In this document: piece after piece, positions 23,951-35,882 of the stretch
Numbering within the stretch: the first letter of the stretch is position 1
Layout: every line of letters starts with the position of its first letter
Program-made: the position numbers and the translations under genes
Assembly (NCBI GenBank): GCA_024679065.1
Contig: JAGIQG010000011.1
Span: forward strand, 74,400,001 to 74,464,000
Origin: Sphyrna mokarran
Taxonomy: Eukaryota
Direction: 5' to 3'
DNA: 64,000 nt
The notes under the pieces: generated by a model
Seen by the model: only the letters and a program-made list of their open reading frames with translations
Database searches by the model: none
Told to the model about the DNA's origin: nothing

Positions 23951-26632
23951 CTGCAAGGAAAACAGGACTAGATGTTAAAAATTATAATTCACAATAAAAA
24001 CCATTTCAAGGGAAATCACTGCATCAAAATCCAAAGGTGATCAGGCTCGCTGAGGCATGCCTCTGCAGTGTGTGTATGTGGTGGTTTGCCCACACACCGC
24101 TTTAGCTGGAGGAAGAAGGGGGAAGGAGGAGTACATCTGGGCACAATGAAAGAGAAGCAAACAAGTACGAGCCAAACAGTATAATTCCCTGAAATCTTAA
24201 ATTACAGCCTTTGGTCTATTTCAATATTAACTGTCAATTAATCTGTTCATTGAGGTTTCCCATACAGGAACCACACATTTCTTAACTAAAATGACCAGTG
24301 TTTTCTGAGGAAGCAATTAGACAAGAAAGGAGAATGACTGGTCAGCACTCAGCCCAACAATCAAATTTCACTGTGGTGGTGAAATCCAAGAGGATTCAGA
24401 ATATGCAATGGAGCAGCAAAGAAGTTACACTCTACATTTTAGAGAATATTTCTTCTTGCCCTCCCTTATCCAAATCATTGTTGAAGGAATTTTTTATGAT
24501 GTAGGATTTCACAGGTGACAGTGATTCCCACCAACCCATGGTAAATCACCACGAAATTCACCCCTGTTCTAATCGGATCGTTCTCCAAATTGTTCACATT
24601 CAAAAAAGCATGAAGTGACTCAGGACAATTCTTTTGCCCCCACACAGCAAGTTCCACAAATAGAGACGGAAGATTTTTTGTTTAAATTTAATTGACAAAT
24701 GAAAGGTGTTACAATCCCAAACCCTTAATTCCCACATTTTTTTGCAAGCCAGTTAGGAACCAGTGACTTTTTTTTTCAGAAGGCAAACTTAGAAATGGGA
24801 GTTGCTAAGAAATTAAAGTTACAAGAGTCCTTGGTTTTAATAGAACAGGTTTTACAATACACAAGTTAACTAAGCAATCAATTAACTCTGGGGGTGGTTT
24901 TGAGCCCACACTCTCCATCTGTGGGAATGACAGCACATACTCAAATTCTGGAGAGTATTATTTGCATTGACATGTTTCCAGGTTCCGATCTTTCTGGCCC
25001 CTCGCTGGCAAAGGGGCCTGAAACATGCTGCGGGATTGTAGAACACTCATTTTAATACATAAGCATGTCATTAGTAAGCACCACCTTACTAAGATTGAAT
25101 CTGGTGTCTTCACCTCTGACGGGTGTTTTGAAGGGAAGTGCTCAGGCAGCCAACACCCTTAGAGGACACCAGAAAGAACTGAGGACACACAGGTTCAACT
25201 CAAGACCAAGAACTGCATTTTAGGGAGGGGGTTCAGGAGATATCACTTGCAGGCCTCATTTATCCTTCATATCAAGCTACCACATACTCTAAAGGGGTTA
25301 TGAAGGCTGGTACATGGCAGTGTTTTCCTTGTCCTGCTTCTTCAGTTCCTATCCATATCACAGCTGAGAGAATGCCCTTTCCCACTGGGGGCTGGCAACA
25401 GGGTGGAAGGAACATAGAACTGCCATTCTCACACTCCACAGGGTGGGTGCAGTGGTTACACCGAGCTTGGTGGCATGAACAAAGTGGAGGTTCTGTGGTT
25501 GAACAGAATGAAATTTATTGACAGGCATTCAAAACAGAACGGTGACCTTTCTACACTAACACCTATATTCACCCTGTCCACAAAGTGCCTGGGGTTTATT
25601 AATCTTCCTCATACTCCCACCTCATTTAGGTGTCTGCCCAGGATCCACAGCTGAGATTGAGGCAGTCTGCTAACTCTGCCCTCCTCCCCCGCCCTCCTCC
25701 CAAAGATGACTACAGGCATCCCCTGGTAACTTTGAGCAGAACCTTGAGCAAAGGGCTTTCCTTCTGCTGCCACCCCCTCCCCCCAGCCCGCCCCCGCACC
25801 CCCTCAACTCTCAGATTGTCAGAGCCAATGGCTACTGTTCACTTCAGCTTCACTGGTCCAATAACCACCTTGGACTTTGCTTAACCCTAATCTCCCAGCA
25901 GCAGAAACCTTCTGCTGCCACCTCCAGGTTTGGACTCATCTGTTCCCTTAGCAGTACAAAACTAATAGCAGCACTTCAGCTACATAGAACTGACTGTCCT
26001 CCAATCCCTGTGAGCTGCTGTTCTCTTTGTCCCTTTGAACTGATTTGTGTACTCTGTTAACATTCCAATGGGTTACACCCCTCTCCCAAGACAGAATTGA
26101 TGGATCTATCCTTGCTAACTTGAATGTAACACTCCCCTGTCAACAAAAGGCCACTCCCACAGGTGCTAATTTACAAAAATACAGAAAAAATCCAAAAGTA
26201 TAGATTCTCTGACAAATGGCTCTTGGTTTTACTAAAAGGTGAAACCTTTAACATTACAACAATCACTCAGTACTGCAGTGGAGTGAGTATCAGTCCAGAT
26301 AATGCTCCCACCAACACACAATCTCTGTTTCAGAAGCAACGACTGTTCTAACGGAGCCAAGCCAAATGTGTGAAAGCTAAATTCAAAATGTTTGAAACAT
26401 TTGTGCAATTTTTTTAAAAAACAGACAAAGGATTCAAAAGAATTTTTAGAAATATATTCAGTGATGGAACTTACTAATCGGTTGCTTTTATGATAACACG
26501 ATAATTGCAAGTCATTTCCCATTTAGTGGGAAGGAATTGCATATATTCAAAAATAGTGTAATGCACTAAGGTTCAACATAGTAAATAAATTGCAGTCACA
26601 TGTTGGCTACAGGTTTTTTGTTTTGGTACAAC

Positions 26633-27043
26633 TTCAGTAGTTAGCACTGATGCCTCACAGCACTAGGATTCCGGGTTCAATTCCCTGCTTGGGTGACTAT
26701 CTATGTGGAGTTTGTACATTGTCCCCATGTCTGAGGGGTTTCCTCCAGGTGCTCTAGTTTCCTGCCACAGTCTAAAAGGTGTATGAGTTAGGTTGACTGA
26801 CCATGCTAAATTGCCCCTTGGTGTCAGGGGATTAGCAGGGCAAATAAGTGGAGTTTATGGGGATAGGGCCTGAGTGGGATTGCAAGGGGACATGCCGGCT
26901 CCCTTACCAGCCTCTGAAGCAGCATCCATTTTGGCTCCAGACTGTCAGCTTGACCATAGTGTTCTGGTCAGCAGCAAGATGCTATAGTGAGGCCCTCTTT
27001 AGCCGAACGGCCTCCATCTGCACTGCAAGAATTCTATGATTCT
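26633..27043 (+). mobile_element. HE1-like V-SINE carrying an internal ~120-bp templated insert
   Basis: gttagcactgatgcctcacagc, ccgggttcaattccc, V-core and tail attctatgattct. Confidence 0.85.
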
Positions 27044-27282
27044 TAAGGTATTAAATGAAAAGCGATAGCTTGATTCAGAAGAAAACAGGTAATATCAGTT
27101 TTAAGATCCCGGGCATTGTAATCAAAGAACACAAGCACAATGACTGAAGGTTGGCCCAGAGGTCGACAATATTAACATGTTCCCAATTAAAGCTAGCTCA
27201 TTCTAGAAGTTTCATTTTTGAAACTTTACTGAAGACAACTCAGAATATAAAAGGCTAAATGAGATCTCAACTGGAAAATTCG

Positions 27283-27742
27283 GATTTACAAGGATATTGC
27301 CTGGATTGGGAGGTATGCTTTATGAAGATAGGTTGAGGGAGCTAGGTCTCTTCTCCCTGGAGAGACGAAGGTTGAGAGGCAACCTGATAGAGGTTTATAA
27401 GATGTTGAGAGGAATAGATAGAGTGGATTCTCGGAGGCTATTTCCCAGGACTGAAATGGTCGCTACGAGAGGACACAGGTTTAAGGTGCTGGGGGGCAAG
27501 TACAGAGGAGATGTTACGGGTAAGTTTTTCCACACAGAGAGTGGTGAATGAATGGAATCGGCTGCTGTCAGTGGCGGTAGAGGCAAACTCGCTGGGGTCT
27601 TTTAAAAGACTTCTGGATGAGTATATGCGATTTAATGGGATTGAGTGTTACAGACAGTTCTATGGCCTGATAGGTACCGATATGATTGGCACAACTTGTG
27701 GGCTGAAAGACCTGTTTGTGCTGTAGTGTTCTATGTTCTATA
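27283..27742 (+). mobile_element. Young CR1 3' end, same subfamily as 48143-49835
   Basis: Very similar to 49378-49835. Ends gtgttctatgttctat. Confidence 0.92.
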
Positions 27743-27946
27743 TCAAAAGCACTTCCTCAGCAAACTAGAAGATGTAACCATCCAGAACTTTGATGATGTT
27801 CTATGATCCTAACCTTGCTTTCTACTAGCAGAGCAAACAGACTTGTGCAAATCAGCTTAAAACATTTATACTGTATTTGCAATCATTGCACTGCACAGCA
27901 TTATCTATTTCCATTATCTATATTAAACCAACTCAGTTCTTCTTAC

Positions 27947-28055
27947 CATGCAGTACATTGGCTTTGGAATCCATTGTGCACAGTCTACTGGCTGCTAGAA
28001 GGTCTGGTAATTGAATATTTGGGTTGGAGACAGCCACCTGACTAAGCGCCAACAT
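27947..28055 (-). CDS. ORC4: ORC4 exon (109 nt): MLALSQVAVSNPNIQLPDLLAASRLCTMDSKANVLH(G)
   Basis: ttttcag|ATG...CATG|gtaaga. Contains the MDSKAN motif. Confidence 0.95.
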
Positions 28056-29399
28056 CTGAAAATAAACAAACAATAAAATGATGACTAAATGAGTTGTTAT
28101 CTGTAGATCAAACACATTAATTGGATAATGTCTGTCACTGTTACTATGACCAATAGTTCTACTGTTTGCAAAAATTAAGGTAAATGGCTTTTTGTGTAAT
28201 TGGTGTTACTTCACATTTGTGTCGAATTCTATTAATCATTATTACAGTGAACAGTAGCTCCATTTGAAAAGTCTGAAGGATTCCTGGAATGTGACTAAAT
28301 GCACACAATTCAGTTGAGTATAATTTAAATGATTAACTTTCAAAACAAATTAGTTTAAGTGTGCAAGAGCAAGGTCAGGAGGAGAGAACAGCCAGCAACC
28401 AGCTTGCCAGAGGGAGAGCTCACTTCCTGGTCCAGCTGCAACAAGAGTGAATATTGTTCAAGATGTAGCCGATGAAAACCAATGGCCGGGCGTCACCAAT
28501 TTCTGAGTGCTCTGGACTGGCAGCGAGCTTACACACCTTGGCAAGAGCATGAAAATCGTGCAGTCAGTTTCATGAACACTGCAGTATGGCCACTGCTCTG
28601 ATAGTGCCAATAAAAGATCTGACTGCAGCCATTCTGACTCTGGGTTTCAGCAGCTCCTTTATTTCCAAGCACGAAGGATAATAAGGATGGAAGCTTCTAC
28701 AACATTACATCATTCTTGGACTTGGTTCAAGCAGTAGGAGTGTTGCTCTGGCAATATGGCAGGGGCACATGCTGCTAGCTCTCAGGATGACACATGCCTG
28801 CTCCCTTATCAGCCTCTAAAGTAGCATCCATTTTGGTTCCAAACCATCAGCTTAATAATAGTGTTCTGGTCAGCACCGAGATGCTACAGTCAGGCCCTCT
28901 TTAGCCAAGAGGTCATTTTGAGAGCCTTCAGTTTAGCATCATTCCAACTCCAATACTGTAGCAACTGCCGAATTATCTCAAAAGGTGCAGCAGGACAGGC
29001 AAACGAGCAAGGAAACACAGTCATTAGAGATTTTCATGAGGATAATTTTTAGTTATCAACCTTAACCTATCATTTAATGACTAAATAGCAAAGAACCACT
29101 GTTATGCCATGCACAGATTCTTTATATTGGTTTTGACCTCAACATGACCGCTATCAGTTCACTTTTCAGGTTTTTAAATAGATTATATATGAATGAAAGT
29201 TGGAACAAACAAAGAAAATTGCAAGCTAATGAATGAGAACCAATGGTTAATTCAACAGTCAAATGAAAGCAAAAAACGCAGATGCTAAAATCTGAAAGAA
29301 TCATAAAAAATGCTGGATAAAGTCAGCAGGTCTGGCAGCATCTGTGGAGGGATCAAAGAACAAAACAGTCCACCAAGTGTGCACAATATGCGGTTTCTA

Positions 29400-29805
29400 T
29401 CCTGCTGTTCACCTCCCGTTCATCAAGATAGGCGTTGTGCTTGCTTCCACTACCTCCAACTGCAGTGCATTCCAGGCACCCACCATCCTTTGTGTGAAGA
29501 ACTTTCCCCACATGTCTTCCCTAAACTTATCACCTCTCACCTTAAACCTGTGCCTCCTTTTAATTGACATTTCTACCCTGGGAAAAAGTCTCTAACTATC
29601 CACCCTATCTATGCCTCTCATAATTTTGTAGACTCCTAATATGTCGCTTCCCTCAGCTTCCATCTTTCCAGTGAAAACAATGAGTTTATCCAAACTCTCC
29701 TCATGCCTAAAACCCTCTAGACCAGGGAACATTCTGGTAAAACCTTCTTTGCACTGTCGGCAAAGCATCCAAATTCTTCTGGTAATGTGGTAACCAGCAA
29801 GTAAT
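29400..29805 (-). mobile_element. CR1 3' fragment
   Basis: gcattccaggcacccaccatcctttgtgtgaagaac...ccaccctatctatgcctctcataattttg is the reverse complement of a CR1 3' end. Confidence 0.75.
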
Positions 29806-29949
29806 ATTCCAGAAACAAAATTAACACTTCAAGTCCATATGACTCTTCTACAGAACTGGTGAGAGACAGAAATGTAATAATTATATAGCTGAGGTTGGGG
29901 AAGGGGGAGCACAATAGAATACTCAATTGAGGGTGTGGGAGTTGGGGTG

Positions 29950-30270
29950 TGACATGATGGCACAGTGGTTAGCACTGCTGCCTCACAGCGCCCGGGACCT
30001 GGGTTCAATTCCTGACTTAGGTCACTGTCTGGAGTTTGCACATTCACCACAACTGCATGGGTTTCCTCCAGGCATTCTGATTTCCTCCCACAGTCCAAAG
30101 ATGTATGGGTTAGATGGATTGGCCATGCTAAATTGCCCCTTAATGTCAGAGGACTAGTTAGGATAAATGCATGAGGTTATGGGGATAGGACCTGCGTAGG
30201 ATGGGGTCAGTGCACACTTGATGGGCTGAATGGCCTCCTTCTATACTGCAGGGATTTTATGATCCCATGA
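29950..30270 (+). mobile_element. HE1-like V-SINE
   Basis: ggcacagtggttagcactgctgcctcacagcgcccgggacctgggttcaattcc, V-core and CR1-type tail. Confidence 0.88.
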
Positions 30271-30669
30271 TCCCACATTCCTCTCAAATAATATAATTCA
30301 TAACATTTCAATCTCCCTTCAGTTCTCTAAAATACGAACTCAAAACATTAAGTCTGCTCCTATCTTCGTTGCTAGGTTAAACCATATACAACATGACTTT
30401 GAGTTAATAAGCTCTTAGCAGTAGCTTATGCTGCCAGACCTGCTGAGTTTATTCGGCATTTTCTGTTTTTAATTCAACCCTATTGGACTGTGCAATCAAA
30501 CCGAGTAGAACATTTTTTGTGTTCCACCCATGCCTGTCGAACATGAAAACTATAAGGATGTCCTACTGTAAACAAATTCCATTGTGCAGCACTAGTAATT
30601 ACAGAAAATTAGTAAATTGCTAGGTTAAACCATTATAAAATATGACTTTGAGTGTTAATAAGCTCTTAC

Positions 30670-30756
30670 CAGTAACATATGCAGAGAGCGGAAATCCTTA
30701 CTGGAATTAAAGTGCTTCTGTAAAATATCTTCCACAGCCTTATCTTTGCACAGAGA
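30670..30756 (-). CDS. ORC4: ORC4 exon (87 nt): [29 protein letters not shown]
   Basis: cctaccag|TCT...CTG|gtaaga. In frame. Confidence 0.95.
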
Positions 30757-31029
30757 CTGGTAGGATAACAATATTTTAGATGGGTGTTAAATAGCTGCAA
30801 GTTGTGGCAAATTGCAAAACAGACAACAGACAAAGGTACAGTTACTCTCAGTGCCTCCTGTTTGCCAACGTAAGAAAAGGAAGATTGAGCTTGGCTGGAC
30901 TAAAGGAGTGGGAGGTGGGACTTCAAACTTCTGAAGCATCTGGGCCAGTTCTAGGACAGACAGGACCTGTACAGGAAAAGCTGGGACTAATATCCTCACT
31001 GGAGGTTTGTTAGTGCTTTTGTTAGTTTG

Positions 31030-33790
31030 TTAGTGTTTAAACTAGGAGGATGGGAACCTGAAGGAAAATTCAGAGTGAAGAGGAAAATAATTGGCAGTAG
31101 GAAATAGAAAAGTATTAACTGATAAAGAGAATATATCAGAGAGCCGTATCAGATAGAGTTTGACACTCTTTGGTCTTTATGGATTAGTATCACAAGTAGA
31201 CTTACATTAACATCACAATGAAGTTACTACGAAAATCAACTTGTTGGCACACTTCAGTGCCTATTCAGATACACTGAGGGAGAATCTAGCATGGTTAATG
31301 CACTTAACCAGCACATCTTTTGGACAGTGGGAGGACACTGGAGGAAACCCATGCAAACATGGGGAGAACATGCAGATTCTGCACAGACAGCGATCCAAGC
31401 CAGGAATCAAACCCAGGTCCCTGGTGCTCTGAGGCAGCAGTATTAACCACTAATAGATTTAGAGTAGCCAATAGTAAGCCATTAGATAGAGTCAGAGTAA
31501 GGGGGAAAAGTAAAAAAGCTCAAAGCAGGGTTAAATGTGCATGTATGTAAATGTACAAAATGTGGTTAATTAGATTAATGAACTAAAGACACAGGTTCCC
31601 AAATCAAATTATGATATTATTGCTTCAACAGAGAACTGACTCAAAGGACAGGACTAGGTATTAAATATTCCTGAGTACACGGTGTTTAGGGGAGACAAGA
31701 AGGAAAGGAAAAAAAGGCTGGGTGTGATGGTGGAGGTGGAAGTACTGATTGAAGAGAGGATGTTCTAGAGGGATCAGGAAGAAATCTCCCTAGCTAGACA
31801 CCAGGAATAAAACCAGTGCAATAATACTGATCGGGAATTATACAGACCATCTATTAATTAGTAGAAGAGATATAGAGACATTGTTTGCAAATAAATTACA
31901 GAACGTTGCAAGAATTATAGGATAATTATAATGGGGGACTCAACTGTCCAAATACAGGCTGGAATAGGAATAATGCAAAGGGAAAAGAGAAGCAAGAATA
32001 TCGGGACTGTGTTCAAGATAATTCTCTGCAGTGGTATGTTTCATCTAATGAGTCCACTATTGGTCCTGGTTCTCGGTAATGAGTTGGCCAAAGTAGATCA
32101 AATATCTGTGTGACAGCATTTAGAGGGCAGCGACCATTTTATCATAAGGTATAGTTTGGCTACAAAAAAGGATAAGCATCAACCCAGAGCAGTGATAATT
32201 AACTGGGGGGAAAGTCAGCTTTGATGTGATGAGAATGCATCTGAGTCAAGCACGTTGGAATCAAACGTTGGCAGGAAAGATGTGTCTGAAGAATAGGTCA
32301 CTTTCCAGGTAAGCACTTTCCAGGCAATGTTGTATATTTCCCTGAAAGGGCAAGGTAAGATAAATAAATTTAGTGTGCCCTGGATGACGAGAGAGATAGA
32401 GGTGATGATGAAAAGGAAGAAGTATGATAGATGTCAGGTAGAAATTAAGAAGAAAAGTCAGACTGAATATATAAGGACCAGAAAGGAAGTGAAAAAACTA
32501 ATAAGGAGAGAGCATGAAAAGAACATGACAACTAATATTAAAAGGGAATTCCAAGGTTTTCTACAAGCAAATAACAATAGAATGGTCAAAGAAAAAGTAG
32601 GGCTATTAACAGATCAAAACAAAAAGGGGCTTTAATGTAGATGCAGGAGAAATAGCAGAAATATTAAATGAGTATTTTGTACCTGTCTTTACAAAGGAAC
32701 TAGGAACTGGTACACCAAAATATTTTACAATTCAAGAGGAGGTAGTGTAAGAAAGATTATCTGTGCTTAAAATAGATGAGGCATCAGGATAACATGGAAT
32801 GCATTCAAGAGTACTGAGGGAAGTGAGAGAAACTTTAGAAACATTAATGACAATCTTCCAGTCTTCCTCAAACACAGAGGTCTAGCGAACTGTGAACGCT
32901 ACAGCCTTGTTCATAAAGTGTTGCAAGGATAAAGCTGGCAACTGGAGCCTATAGGTGGTAAAAAAATAAAGGGAAAAACTCTATAGGAGGTGCAGTAACA
33001 GAGGGATGAGTATATATGTACATATGTAATTGAAGATGGCAGAGCATGTCAAGAGAATAGTTAATAAAGCATATAGTTATCTTTGGCTTTTATAATAGAG
33101 CTAATACAAGAGTAAGGAGGTCATGTTGAACACATATAAGGCATACGTTATGCCTCTTCTGGAGTACTGCATCCATTTTTTGTCACCAAATGTGACAAAC
33201 AGTATTGGAAAGAGTACAGAGAAGATTCAGAAGAATGATTGCAGGGATAAAAACAGTAGCTATGAGGATAGATTGGGAACTATGATTTTACATATGGGCC
33301 AAACACAGGCAATTAGGACTAGCTGGGAGGCACCATGCCGGCATAGATTTGTTTCCATGCTGTATTGCTCTATGATTCTAAGTTGGGATTGTCTTCCTTG
33401 GAGAAAAGGCAATTAAGATGGGATTTGATTGAGATGTTCAAGATCTTAAGGGGGATGGACAGGATAAGTAGTGAGAAAGTGTTCCTTCTCTAAGGGGCAT
33501 CAAGGGAGCACCGATTCAAACCTACCTTCAACACTTTCTCAGGGAATTTGTTCTAGACTCCAACCACCATTCATAAAAAGAGTAAAAGTGATATGAGGGT
33601 GGCTGAGGTCTAGAGCAAATTTCTCAAGAAGGTGTCGGAGGCAGGTTCGATTGTGATATTCAAAAGGAAGTTGAATTGTTAAAGAGAGATTGTGCAAGGT
33701 TACAGGAATACAGCAGGGAGTAGGATATGGTATTGAGACAGAGACCTGTGCAGATTAGATGAGCTGAACGTAAAGATTCTGTGACTCTGC
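31030..33790 (+). mobile_element. Old, heavily degraded CR1 (endonuclease through 3' end, with internal deletions)
   Basis: Remnants IIMGD(F)N, PWMTREIE, EILNEYF..VFTKE, LEYCI.F.SP, with many stops and frameshifts. Confidence 0.8.
31180..31452 (-). mobile_element. V-SINE, tail type 2, nested in old CR1
   Basis: Minus-strand A/B boxes at ~31400-31450, V-core and tail attagtatcacaagtagacttacattaac. Confidence 0.8.
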
Positions 33791-33871
33791 AAATATGATT
33801 TTTAAAAATCTTTTACCAAATGGCTAGAAGATCTTGCTACATGAATGATCCAAAGAGGGGAAAAAAGTTAC

Positions 33872-34045
33872 CTGGATATTTTGATTCCATTCTTGTGCAA
33901 ATCTCCCATCAGGGAACTCTTTTGGTAAAGTAAGTTGTTGCTGGAAGATTTCAACATACTCCTTGAAACCAAATGTATTCAGCAAGTGAATCTGCCGGTG
34001 GGAAAATCTGGACTTCACTCTCTTTTCCAGGAGTTCCAAAACGTC
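33872..34045 (-). CDS. ORC4: ORC4 exon (174 nt): [58 protein letters not shown]
   Basis: tttag|GAC...CAG|gtaac. Contains the [10 protein letters not shown] arginine-finger motif of ORC4. Confidence 0.97.
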
Positions 34046-34809
34046 CTAAAGTTTTAATAGAAATGGTATCAAGTGTAATCAACCAGGTCAAACACCAAAA
34101 AACTCATTACTGGCTTAATACATTTCCCTATAACACTTTAAAGATTTTCTAGTTTGCAATACTGCAGTGGCAGATGACTTTTGTCCAATGAATGATCAAG
34201 TTGCAGGATTGTGAAACCTGGAATTTAGATTAGTAATGTTGAGAGGACATCATGTCTAACGATCTTTTTTGCCTCCAAAGTGACGTTATAAACTGTAATT
34301 AGAACCTGCTGAACAATCATGCAGCCAAGTAGTGTCTCTTTAAGGTAACTGAAAGGAGGACTACTCTACAAAAGCAAAGATCGTTTAAAGTTGTGCTTGA
34401 ATGGGCCAAGACAGATTATCTTGCAGCTGAAAGGTTCATCGAGAGATGATGCTGGATTTGACATTGTTCACATGTAAAGGATAACAATTTGTGCACCTAT
34501 TATAACTGTTTCCAATAAAGGCCATTAACTCAGGGAGGAAAGTGAAGAAAAACAAAGTGCATCAATTTACATGGTGCGAGAGAAATAAAAAAAAACCTTG
34601 CAGGATTTAAATTCCATAATCCACTAATCACCCTGATGACATTAAACAGTGGAGGGACTGAAGAGACTGAATGGTCTGTTCTGTTTCATAATAATGAAAG
34701 TATCCAACGTCTTCTAGTTTTTTTTGCTTTTCCCTCAATACTGACATTAGGAATTCACAGCAATGACAAAAAAAATTAAACTCGCATCTCTCCATTAGTT
34801 TCACATGAA

Positions 34810-35020
34810 ACAGTAAAAAGTCTGACAACACCAGGTTAAAATCCAACAGGTTTATTTGGCATCATGAGATTTTGGAGCGCTGTTCCTTCATCTGATGAGT
34901 CCCGATGAAGGAGCAACTCTGAAACTTCATGGTACCCCAAATAAACCTGTTGGATTTTAACCTGTTGTCAGACTTCTTACTATGCCCACCCCAGTCCAAC
35001 ACCAGTATCTTCATATCATT
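34810..35020. mobile_element. Short palindromic Penelope-type element (family A), ~80-bp arms
   Basis: aagtctgacaacaccaggttaaaatccaacaggtttatttgg ... ccaaataaacctgttggattttaacctgttgtcagactt. Two decayed hammerhead cores lie back-to-back at the centre. Confidence 0.8.
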
Positions 35021-35607
35021 TCACAAGGAAACAAATTCTTCACACAGGGAACACATAGAAATAGTATCATTTTCTGAGTGAACCAACACTGCAATCACAC
35101 ACAAATAATTGATTGATTTTCATATTGCATATGAAGGGAAAGGGGAATGAAAAGACCACTATAGCCTGAAAGGGAAATGAACAAGTTACATTGGCATTCT
35201 CCAATTTAATTCTCAGCAGTTATAGCTTTTTTTTTAAACATAATGCACACACGAGGCTAAGAATTAGTAAGCCCTATTAGGCAGTAGAAAAATTGTTAAC
35301 CTAAGAAAATCTTTAAAAAATAATTCACGGCTGACAAAGATTAGATTGTAAAAAAAACAAACAGGATGTAACAGATGATCCTTCTGTTCATTATCTATTA
35401 AGCGTTTATAGATGAAGTTTCATGAACTTCTGAAACATGAAGTTTCAGAGTTCATAGACATAACAAAGGCACATTACAACAGCACTGAGGAAGATGGCAG
35501 CAGAAAATATCAATAAGAAACTAGTGTGCAAATGCTTGAGTAAAGAAAATTAGATAGTTGCCGAAATTCTTCCTTTTGGCCTTAGCACAAATGACATGCA
35601 CGTTTCT

Positions 35608-35882
35608 GGCAGCATGATAACACAGTGGTTAGTGCTGCTGCCTCACATTTCCAGGGACCCGGGTTCAATTCCCAGCTTGGTCATTGTTCAGATTCCAGAC
35701 AGACATTCTCCCCATGTCTGCATGGCTCCGGGTGCTCCAGTTTCCTTCCACAATCTGAAAGATGTGCTGGTTAGGTGCATTGACCTGAACAAGTGCCAGA
35801 CTGTGGTGACTAGGGGAATTTCACAGTAACTTCACTTGTAGTGTTAATGTAAGCCTTATTTGTGACTAATAAATAGAACTTT
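35608..35882 (+). mobile_element. V-SINE, tail type 2
   Basis: cacagtggttagtgctgctgcctcac, ccgggttcaattccc, V-core and tail gtgttaatgtaagccttatttgtgactaataaat. Confidence 0.8.

Larger units (their letters stand above)
29265..30470. mobile_element. Palindromic Penelope-type element (family B) with nested CR1 fragment and SINE
   Basis: Inverted arms aaaatgctggataaagtcagcaggtctggcagcat (~29306-29341) and atgctgccagacctgctgagtttattcggcatttt (~30428-30463). Inner arms at 29815-29880 and 30290-30360. Confidence 0.7.
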
